Shown here: positions 28,383-36,085 of the stretch, piece by piece | Numbering within the stretch: the stretch's first letter is position 1 | Layout: the number at the start of each line of letters is the position of its first letter | NCBI GenBank assembly: GCA_001001115.1 | Contig: LCIO01000001.1 | Location: 300,710-364,709 of the forward strand | DNA length: 64,000 nt | Source of the DNA: Candidatus Wolfebacteria bacterium GW2011_GWA1_44_24 | GTDB lineage: Bacteria; Patescibacteriota; Minisyncoccia; UBA6257; UBA9933 | Direction of reading: 5' to 3' | Made by a program: the position numbers and the translations under genes | The notes under the pieces: model-generated | Database searches by the model: none | Seen by the model: the letters and a program-made list of their open reading frames with translations, nothing else | What the model was told of the DNA's origin: nothing

Positions 28383-29036
28383 ATGCCAAAAGCGCAAAAC
28401 ATAGCCACTCAGCAATTCGTTGACATTGAAGAAATCCGCGACGGCGCCGTGATTTTGAAAAACGGCGGGTTGCGCCGGATTTTAATGGTTTCCGGCGTCA
28501 ATTTCGAACTGAAATCCGAAGAAGAGCAGAACATTATAATTTATTCTTTCCAGAATTTTTTGAATACTCTTGATTTTTCCATCCAATTAGTGGTCCATTC
28601 GCGGAAGACCAACATCAACGATTATCTTGAGAAATTGAACGTTCGTCTCGAGCAGGAAGAAAACGAATTGCTAAAAAATCAGATGTCCGAATATATGGAA
28701 TTTATCAGGGCGTTTGTGGAGACCAATCCGATTATGGCAAAGACTTTTTTCGCCGTTGTGCCTTACGAATCAATCGATATTTCCAAGGCTGGCGGAGATT
28801 TATTAGCCACCCTGAAATTCTGGGAAAAGAAAAAAAACGGGGAAAAAGACGATGGTTTGGAGCAAAAAATAACGCAACTTAACCAAAGAACCGATATTGC
28901 GATAAACGGCCTGAATCAAGTCGGTTTGCGCGCCGTGGCTTTGAACGACGAAGAACTGATAGAATTGTTTTATAACCTTTATAATCCGGAAACGGTCGAG
29001 AAAAAAGAATTGAAAATCGCTCATGGAGAAAATTAA
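28383..29036 (+). CDS. VirB4-like N-terminal domain encoded as a separate ORF
   Basis: FVDIEEIRDGAVILKNGGLRRILMVSGVNFELKSEEEQ resembles the N-terminus of Gram-positive VirB4/TrsE-type ATPases. Overlaps the next ORF by 14 nt in a different frame. Confidence 0.55.
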   Translation: MPKAQNIATQQFVDIEEIRDGAVILKNGGLRRILMVSGVNFELKSEEEQNIIIYSFQNFLNTLDFSIQLVVHSRKTNINDYLEKLNVRLEQEENELLKNQMSEYMEFIRAFVETNPIMAKTFFAVVPYESIDISKAGGDLLATLKFWEKKKNGEKDDGLEQKITQLNQRTDIAINGLNQVGLRAVALNDEELIELFYNLYNPETVEKKELKIAHGEN

Positions 29037-30771
29037 CATCCCTCAACCCTATACGGCTTCCGAGAAAGACATCAAGAATGTCATTTCGCCCGCGGCTTTG
29101 GAAAATAACCCGAGTTTTTTAAAATTGGGAGACAAATTTGTCAAAACGATTTTTCTTTTCACTTATCCGAGGTATCTTTCGGGTGGTTGGTTTAGCCGGA
29201 TTATCAATCTGCCGAATTTGCTGGATATTTCGGTTTTTGTCCATCCGGTTGACACCGCTTTGGCGTTGAAACAGCTCCGCAAAAAAACCGCCCAATTGGA
29301 AGCCCAATTGATTGAACGCGAAGAAAAAGGGTTGGTTCGAGACCCCCAGCTTGAGACCGCTGTCCAGGATATTGAAACTTTGCGGGATACTCTTCAGCAA
29401 GCCCGGGAAAAAATTTTTAATGTCGGAACTTACATCGCCTTTCAAGCCGATACGCTTGAGGAATTGAATAAATTAGAGGAAAGCGTTTATTCTTTGTTCG
29501 AAAGTCAGCTGATTTACGCCAAGCCGGCGCTTTTTCAGCAAATAGAGGGATTTTCCAGCGTTTTGCCTTTGGCGCAGGACAAATTGATGATTAACACCCC
29601 GCTTAACACTTCGCCGGCTTCATCTTTATTCCCCTTTGTTTCAATGGATTTGACCGCTGACGAGGGAATTTTATACGGCATCAATCGGCACAATAACGGC
29701 TTGATTATTTTTGACCGTTTTTCTTTGGAAAACGCCAATTCCGTGGTTTTTGCCAAAGCCGGCGCCGGAAAATCATTTGCCGTCAAATTGGAAATTTTGC
29801 GGTCTTTAATGCTGGGCATCGATGTTTTGATAATTGACCCGGAAAATGAATATGAAAAATTGGCGAACACCGTCGGCGGAAGTTTTTTTAAAATTTCTTT
29901 GAGTTCGGAAAATCAAATTAATCCTTTTGACATTCCGATTATTCCCAAAGGCGAAGAGCCGGCCGATGTTTTCAAGTCTCATATCTTGAATTTAACGGGC
30001 TTGGTAAAGTTGATGTTGGGAAAAATTACGCCCGAAGAAGACGCCATGCTGGACCGGGCGATTACCGAAACTTACGCTTCGCGGGGCATTACTCCGGAAA
30101 CGGAAAATTTTTCCAACATCGCGCCGCCGCTTTTAGGGGACTTGGAAACGGTTTTGGAAAATATGGAAGGAGGCCGGGGATTGGCCGAACGATTGTACAA
30201 ATTCACCAAAGGCACTTATTCCGGTTTCACCAACCGGCCGACCAACGTTGACATCAAAAACCGGCTGATTGTTTTTTCCATTCGCGATTTGGAGGAAGAA
30301 CTCAGGCCGATAGCGGTTTATATCGTGCTGAATTTCGTCTGGAATCTAATCAGGGCTGAATTCAAAAAACGGATAATGGTCATTGATGAAGCGTGGTGGA
30401 TGATGAAATATCCGGATAGCGCCTCTTTCCTTTTCTCTTTGGCAAAACGTTGCCGGAAATATTATCTGGGATTGACCACCATCACCCAGAACGTGGCGGA
30501 TTTTTTGGAATCGCCTTTTGGCCGGCCCATCATCACCAATTCCTCGCTTCAACTTTTGTTAAAGCAGTCGCCGGCGGAAATTGATGTCGTGGCTAAAACT
30601 TTCAATCTTTCCGAAGCCGAGAAACAATTGCTTTTGGAGGCCAATGTGGGCGAGGGTTTGTTTTTCGCCGGCCTGAAACACGCGGCCATCCAAATCGTCC
30701 CGTCTTATTTTGAGAATCAGATTATTACCACCAAACCCGAGGAGATATTGGAACAACAAAAAGAAATTTAA
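29023..30771 (+). CDS. VirB4/TrbE-type T4SS ATPase (C-terminal two thirds)
   Basis: Walker A FAKAGAGKSFAVK and Walker B RIMVIDEAWWMM. 582 aa. Confidence 0.85.
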   Translation: MEKINIPQPYTASEKDIKNVISPAALENNPSFLKLGDKFVKTIFLFTYPRYLSGGWFSRIINLPNLLDISVFVHPVDTALALKQLRKKTAQLEAQLIEREEKGLVRDPQLETAVQDIETLRDTLQQAREKIFNVGTYIAFQADTLEELNKLEESVYSLFESQLIYAKPALFQQIEGFSSVLPLAQDKLMINTPLNTSPASSLFPFVSMDLTADEGILYGINRHNNGLIIFDRFSLENANSVVFAKAGAGKSFAVKLEILRSLMLGIDVLIIDPENEYEKLANTVGGSFFKISLSSENQINPFDIPIIPKGEEPADVFKSHILNLTGLVKLMLGKITPEEDAMLDRAITETYASRGITPETENFSNIAPPLLGDLETVLENMEGGRGLAERLYKFTKGTYSGFTNRPTNVDIKNRLIVFSIRDLEEELRPIAVYIVLNFVWNLIRAEFKKRIMVIDEAWWMMKYPDSASFLFSLAKRCRKYYLGLTTITQNVADFLESPFGRPIITNSSLQLLLKQSPAEIDVVAKTFNLSEAEKQLLLEANVGEGLFFAGLKHAAIQIVPSYFENQIITTKPEEILEQQKEI

Positions 30772-30787
30772 AAATTTCAAAATTAAA

Positions 30788-31120
30788 ATGGACGAACAAA
30801 AAAAAATTTCATTGCCGGAAACGCTGATTTTAACGATGTATATCGGTTTTACCGATTTAATCGGCATTGTTCTTGTTTTTGCCGGCTTGGATGATTTTGG
30901 GATATTAGACGCCATAACCTTTCCGGTAACCCAATTTTATTTTAGAATAAAAGGAGTTAAAGCAACCGCGGATTTAATAGGCAACCTCATTGAACTTATT
31001 CCTTATGTCGGGGCGCTGCCGATCAGGACAATTACTTTATTGATAACGATTTACGCGGCTAACCACCCCGAGAAAATTGGGGCAATGGGAAGCTTAATGT
31101 CGGCGGCAAAAACAAAATGA
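30788..31120 (+). CDS. Small multi-TM membrane protein
   Basis: Start set at the ATG at 30788. Has 3 hydrophobic segments. Confidence 0.5.
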   Translation: MDEQKKISLPETLILTMYIGFTDLIGIVLVFAGLDDFGILDAITFPVTQFYFRIKGVKATADLIGNLIELIPYVGALPIRTITLLITIYAANHPEKIGAMGSLMSAAKTK

Positions 31121-31818
31121 GACTTCACATCCCAAAACTTAAAACCCTCGTTTTTCTATTTTCTGCTTTCTGCTTTCTGCTTTCTGCTTTCGGGGCAAAT
31201 GCTCAAACCGCGCCCCAATTTTTGGTTTCTTGGAAGGCCCAGAGTTACGTGCCTTCTTGGTATCAAGGTAAAATTTTCCCGACCAACGGCAGTCGGATTG
31301 ACGTGAATTTTGAATTAATAGATAACGGGAAAATAGCCGACATTTCAAAAAAAGTCATCCGTTGGTATGTCAATGATGAATTGATGAAAAACGAAAAAAA
31401 CGGTTTGGGCATAAAATCTTTTTCTTTCAATGCCGCCGACTATCCGGGGAAGGAAACGGAAATCAGAATTGCCATGCCCGATTATTGGGACGTGCCGTTG
31501 GACAAAATTTTCATAATCCCGATAGTTTCGCCGGAAGTTGTTATTGACGCGCCTTATCCAAGCCGCCGGATTCCAGCTGATAGAAGCTCTTTTTTAGCCT
31601 ATCCGTTTTTCTTTAACATCGGAAATTCAAACAGTCTTTCTTTCGAGTGGTTTGTGAATGACCAATCGGCAAAAGCCGGAGAAAATCCTTCGGCGCTGAA
31701 TTTGAATATTGATTCAACGGCTCCCAAAGGGTTCGCCATTGATATTAAAGTCGTAGTCAAAAATTTGTTGAATGAAATGGAATTTGCGGGCAAAAACATA
31801 AAAATGGAAATAAAATGA
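31117..31818 (+). CDS. Secreted hypothetical protein
   Basis: Signal peptide LVFLFSAFCFLLSAFGANA. ATGA overlaps on both sides. Confidence 0.5.
   Translation: MRLHIPKLKTLVFLFSAFCFLLSAFGANAQTAPQFLVSWKAQSYVPSWYQGKIFPTNGSRIDVNFELIDNGKIADISKKVIRWYVNDELMKNEKNGLGIKSFSFNAADYPGKETEIRIAMPDYWDVPLDKIFIIPIVSPEVVIDAPYPSRRIPADRSSFLAYPFFFNIGNSNSLSFEWFVNDQSAKAGENPSALNLNIDSTAPKGFAIDIKVVVKNLLNEMEFAGKNIKMEIK
31154..31188 (+). repeat. Heptamer tandem repeat ttctatt plus ttctgct x4
   Basis: Read directly. Encodes the signal-peptide core of the 31117 ORF. Confidence 0.85.
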
Positions 31819-32714
31819 CAAAAAAACTTCCGAAAATTTTAATAGGTTTGTCAATCGCCATATTTCTACTTTCCATTTTTCACTTTTTATTTTTTGATAA
31901 AATATTGGCGGCTGATTTAAATTTTCAGCCAAGTTATCCTTGGGGGGAAGGAGAACAGCCGATAGGAGGCTTGGTCTCTAAATTTTACATTTACGCTTTG
32001 GCGATTGTCGGCGTAGTGGCTTTGGGAGCGATTATTTACGGAGGAATACTTTATACGGTTTCCAGCGGCAGTCCTTCTCAACAGCAAGAAGCCAAGAATT
32101 GGATTACCGGCGCCATTTGGGGAGTGGTTCTTCTGGCGGGCGCGGTTTTGCTTTTAAGGACTATTAATCCGGAATTGGTGAAATTAACGGAGCCGGGTGA
32201 TTTAATCGACAAGAATATAACAATAACATCGCTGACGAAAAACGCCAGCACTTTGCTTTTTATCCAAGAACAAGGGGAAATCGGTTCAAATAAAAAGTTC
32301 AATTCTTTGGAAGCGCTTGATTATTTAAATGGGGTGGCTTCGGTTAAAAATCCTTGCACAGCGCTTTTGATATCCGGCGGTTCTGATTGCGTTCAGCTTA
32401 ACGGTATTAGGCAAACCACTTTGGACGAAATAAAAAATTTAAGTTTAGAAATAGGGTCCTCCAATGTGTTTATTACCGGCGCCACCGAATCCAGAATCCA
32501 TTCTTCCGGTCAATACAGCCACGAGAATGGTTATAAAGTTGATTTAAGATTGGACGATGAATTGACAAATTATATTGAGCAAAAGTTTCAATCAGCCGGC
32601 TATCGGACTGAAAGCAACGGTTCTCAATCGCCGGTTTATATAAATCCTTCGACCGGAAGCGTTTACACCAAAGAAGGAAATCATTGGGACATTTCGGTAA
32701 TTCCCAAAATTTAA
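31815..32714 (+). CDS. T4SS-pilin-like N-terminal domain fused to an M15 (VanY/CwlK)-like zinc peptidase domain
   Basis: Pilin-like hairpin GGILYTVSSGSPSQQQEAKNWITGAIWGVVLL. C-terminal SHENGYKVD (H-x2-G-x3-D) and EGNHW (ExxH). Confidence 0.6.
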   Translation: MTKKLPKILIGLSIAIFLLSIFHFLFFDKILAADLNFQPSYPWGEGEQPIGGLVSKFYIYALAIVGVVALGAIIYGGILYTVSSGSPSQQQEAKNWITGAIWGVVLLAGAVLLLRTINPELVKLTEPGDLIDKNITITSLTKNASTLLFIQEQGEIGSNKKFNSLEALDYLNGVASVKNPCTALLISGGSDCVQLNGIRQTTLDEIKNLSLEIGSSNVFITGATESRIHSSGQYSHENGYKVDLRLDDELTNYIEQKFQSAGYRTESNGSQSPVYINPSTGSVYTKEGNHWDISVIPKI

Positions 32715-32737
32715 TTTATCATAATAGAAAATATTCA

Positions 32738-33859
32738 ATGAAAAGAATTTTTATTATCATTGTCGTTATAATTATTTTTATCGCCGTCGGTTTCGGCGTT
32801 TATTTCGGTTGGAAAAAATCCAAAGAAATTTTAACGCCGCCGATGGCGGAACAAGGATCGCCGCAAGGCGCGGCGTCTCAAACTCCGGAACATCAAAGAT
32901 TGAAAATCCTGAGCGACCAGCCGGTTTTTAATTATTTTATCCGTCAAGGCATAGGTGGTTTAGCCACCTCTTCGGAGATTTTTTATGTCAATTCAAGCGG
33001 CCAAATTCTGAAAGTCAGCGGAGGGGAAGATGAAATAATCAGCGACCGGATAGTCGAAAATTTTCAAGGAATCGAAGCGGATAAAAGCGGCGACAGAATC
33101 ATCGTAAAATACGGGCTTCAAAGCGCGCCTCAGTTCGAAATTTTTGATTTGGGGAAAAAAATTTGGCAGCCGTTGAGCGGAATTTCGGCCGCGACTTTTT
33201 TGCCGGACGGAACAAAAATCGCTTATTTGGAAAATATCAAAAATTCTTCAGTCAGCAATTTAATAACGAAAAGTTTAACCGGCGTCAAACCCGTAATTGC
33301 AAAAATTTTGTCAATAAATCAAAAAGATTTTGACTTGAAGTGGCTGACTTCGAACAAAATTCTTCTGGTTTCTAAACCATCCAGTCAAATAGTCGGAGAA
33401 ATTTGGGAAATAGACATTAACAAGAAAACAATGAGATTGTTCGCCGACGGCTACGGTTTGATGATTAATTGGGCAAAAGACAATAGTTTGGGTTTGAAAT
33501 TCAGCGTAACTCAAAAAGGAGAAAGCGAATTGAATTTGATTGACAGCGCCGGCGTCGCAAAAGCCAGCCTTGGTTTTTCCACTTTGCCGGATAAATGCTT
33601 AATCGGTTTGGCGAAAATTTACTGCGCCATTCCGCAAAATTACAACGCCGTTAAAGCGCCTTTGTTACCCGACGATTATCTGAAAAAAGCGGTTTATTTT
33701 GAAGACAAAATTTATGAAATCGACATCAAAGCGAATTCTTTTTTGGAAATTCCGATTGGAGCGGAAACGGTTATTGACGCGGTTAATCTTTCACTGGCGG
33801 GAAACGCCGTTATTTTCATGAACCGGTACGATAATAAATTGTATAAATTGGATTTATAG
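32738..33859 (+). CDS. TM-anchored protein, possibly a beta-propeller (TolB-like)
   Basis: N-terminal TM helix with a repetitive beta-rich ectodomain. Weak family call. Confidence 0.45.
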   Translation: MKRIFIIIVVIIIFIAVGFGVYFGWKKSKEILTPPMAEQGSPQGAASQTPEHQRLKILSDQPVFNYFIRQGIGGLATSSEIFYVNSSGQILKVSGGEDEIISDRIVENFQGIEADKSGDRIIVKYGLQSAPQFEIFDLGKKIWQPLSGISAATFLPDGTKIAYLENIKNSSVSNLITKSLTGVKPVIAKILSINQKDFDLKWLTSNKILLVSKPSSQIVGEIWEIDINKKTMRLFADGYGLMINWAKDNSLGLKFSVTQKGESELNLIDSAGVAKASLGFSTLPDKCLIGLAKIYCAIPQNYNAVKAPLLPDDYLKKAVYFEDKIYEIDIKANSFLEIPIGAETVIDAVNLSLAGNAVIFMNRYDNKLYKLDL

Positions 33860-33863
33860 GATT

Positions 33864-35177
33864 ATGTTTCAGCGGATTCTCTTATATTCCAAATTGCCCG
33901 AGATGCGGCTTTTTTGGTTTTTTTTGCCGCTGATTTTGGTTATTTTCGGCATTGAGATTTTTTATCTTCCCGTTTTTTTTCTTTGGATAAGCGCAGGTTT
34001 TTTCATTGTTTTGGCGGCAATTATTTTGGTCAACAATCTTCGTTTGGCGCGGTCAAATTTGGAAATCAAAATCGAGCGGAATGAATTGTCGGGAATCATT
34101 TTTGCTCTTCGCGACGGCATTATCGCTTACGATTCGGATTTCAAAATTCTGCTTTTTAACAAAGCCGCGGAATCGATTTTCAACTTAGCGGCGGCAAATG
34201 TTCTGGGTCGCCGTCTTTCGCCGGAACAAATCAGGGAACCGCATTTCAATTTGTTGATTTACGTCCTTTTTCCGTCGCTGGCGCCGGTTGTTATAAAACG
34301 TTCGGAAGTCGGCGCCGAGCCCCAGATAATCGACCTTTCTTTTGACGAGCCGAGAAAAGAACTGCGGGTGATTACCAATAAAATCATCGACCCCAACGGC
34401 GCGCTTTTGGGATTCGTCAAGGTGGTCAGTGACCGCACCCGAGAAAAAGAGATGTTGCGTTCAAAAAACGAATTTATCGCTACCGCCGCCCACCAGTTGC
34501 GCACGCCCTTGACCGGCATCAATTGGGCCCTTGAAACGTTGGTTGCCGAGTCGCTTCCCGAAAATCAGAAACAGATAGTGAAATCGGGATTACAAACATC
34601 CGCTTTTTTGTTAAAAATCGTCAATGATTTGCTTGATGTTTCAAAAATCGAGGAAGGCCGGTTCGGTTATGATTTTGAAAAAACGAATTTCATCGATTTC
34701 GCTGAGAAAATTATTCTGGAAGCTGAAAAGATAGCCGATGAAATCGGCGTTAAAATTTATTTTCAAAAGCCAGTCGAGCCGGTTGAAATCAATATCGATT
34801 CCCAGAAATTAGGCATTGCTCTGTACAATCTTTTGGATAACGCCATCCGTTATAATGTCAAAAACGGCGAAGTGATTGTTAGCGTCGAAAAACTTCGAGA
34901 CAAGCCCTATATTCAGGTAAGCGTCAAAGACACGGGCATCGGCATCCCGCGAGAAGATATTGAAAATATATTCGTCAAATTCTTCCGGGCTGATAACGCC
35001 GTGAAATCGGCTCCTAACGGCAGCGGTTTGGGGCTTTATATCGTTAGGAATATTATCAAGCGTCACGGCGGAGAAATTCGGGTTGAATCGGAATTGAACC
35101 GTGGCAGCGTTTTTTATTTTACTCTGCCGATTGACCCGGAACTGATTCCGCCTAAAGAAACGGCGTATGACGAGTGA
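33864..35177 (+). CDS. Sensor histidine kinase (2 TM, PAS-like, HisKA, HATPase_c)
   Basis: H-box AAHQLRTPLT, N-box LDNAIRYN, G-box GSGLGLYIV. Confidence 0.85.
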   Translation: MFQRILLYSKLPEMRLFWFFLPLILVIFGIEIFYLPVFFLWISAGFFIVLAAIILVNNLRLARSNLEIKIERNELSGIIFALRDGIIAYDSDFKILLFNKAAESIFNLAAANVLGRRLSPEQIREPHFNLLIYVLFPSLAPVVIKRSEVGAEPQIIDLSFDEPRKELRVITNKIIDPNGALLGFVKVVSDRTREKEMLRSKNEFIATAAHQLRTPLTGINWALETLVAESLPENQKQIVKSGLQTSAFLLKIVNDLLDVSKIEEGRFGYDFEKTNFIDFAEKIILEAEKIADEIGVKIYFQKPVEPVEINIDSQKLGIALYNLLDNAIRYNVKNGEVIVSVEKLRDKPYIQVSVKDTGIGIPREDIENIFVKFFRADNAVKSAPNGSGLGLYIVRNIIKRHGGEIRVESELNRGSVFYFTLPIDPELIPPKETAYDE

Positions 35178-35179
35178 TT

Positions 35180-36085
35180 ATGCCCGAACTTCCTGAGGTC
35201 CAGACTATCGTAAACGATTTGAATAAAAAAATTTTGGGCCGAAAGATTGTTGGTGTCTGGCTTAATACCCTGAAAATCATCAAAAAGCCGAAAGCCGCTG
35301 ATTTGGAAAAGCAAATCAAGGGATTAAGAATTAAAGCCGTTAAACGCCGCGGGAAAAACATCCTTATTTATTTAGAAAAATGCCAGATGTTAAATGTCGG
35401 ATGTCAGACGTTTTTATTACTGATTCATCAAAAGTTAACCGGACATCTTTTAATGGGGAAGTGGAAAATTGAGAAGGGGCGGGTTAAAAGTTTATTAAAA
35501 GGACCGTTGGAAGAAAAAGTCAATAATTATATTCATTTAATTTTTTATCTGGACAACGGCTGGCAAATGGCTTTGTCGGATTTACGGAAATTCGCCAAAG
35601 TGCTGTTCGGCTTGAAAGAAGAAATTGAGAAATTGCCGGATTTGGCGGAAATCGGGCCGGAGCCGTTGGATAAATCTTTCAATTTTTTAATATTTCAATC
35701 AGCAATTTCCAATAAAAAAGGCAGGATTAAACAGGTTTTGATGGACCAGAAAGTAATTGCCGGCATCGGCAATATTTATTCGGATGAAATTTTGTGGCAG
35801 GCAAAGATTCATCCCTTTATTCCGGCTAACAAGCTAAAAATTAATCAGTTAAAAGCTTTGTATTCAGCGATGCGGCAGATTCTGAAAAAGGCCTTAAAAT
35901 TAAGAGGAACTTCAATCAGCGATTTTCGGGACGCCTTTGGCAAGCCCGGGAGATACGCGGAAATCAGAAAAATTTATCAACGCGAAGGCGAAAAATGCCC
36001 GCGTTGCAAAACAATCGTCAAGAGAGTTAAAATGGGAGGAAGATCGGCGCATTTTTGTCCAAGATGCCAAAGAAATCTAAGGTAA
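35180..36085 (+). CDS. mutM: Formamidopyrimidine-DNA glycosylase
   Basis: MPELPEV N-terminus with the catalytic Pro2. C-terminal zinc finger CPRC...CPRC. Confidence 0.9.
   Translation: MPELPEVQTIVNDLNKKILGRKIVGVWLNTLKIIKKPKAADLEKQIKGLRIKAVKRRGKNILIYLEKCQMLNVGCQTFLLLIHQKLTGHLLMGKWKIEKGRVKSLLKGPLEEKVNNYIHLIFYLDNGWQMALSDLRKFAKVLFGLKEEIEKLPDLAEIGPEPLDKSFNFLIFQSAISNKKGRIKQVLMDQKVIAGIGNIYSDEILWQAKIHPFIPANKLKINQLKALYSAMRQILKKALKLRGTSISDFRDAFGKPGRYAEIRKIYQREGEKCPRCKTIVKRVKMGGRSAHFCPRCQRNLR
35382..35409 (+). repeat. Heptamer-periodic tract, GTCAGAT family (gccagat gttaaat gtcggat gtcagac, then gttttta)
   Basis: Read directly. In frame inside mutM, encoding CQMLNVGCQTF. Confidence 0.8.

Noticed and set aside
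16293-33859. The T4SS-like block as part of an integrative conjugative element using the tyrosine recombinase at 16293.
   Set aside because: The recombinase looks like a housekeeping XerC/D. It is separated from the block by about 5.5 kb of core genes (dksA-like, comM, M23, uvrD, rsmA). I saw no flanking att-like repeats, and the block's composition and signals are core-like.
7722-35177. Genome-wide reassignment of TGA (code 4 or 25), as in some CPR lineages.
   Set aside because: Core genes terminate at TGA at sensible C-termini: dsbA-like at 7722-7724, dksA-like at 17963-17965 and the histidine kinase at 35175-35177. I saw no internal TGAs in the conserved enzymes. The two in-frame TGAs are confined to cassettes.
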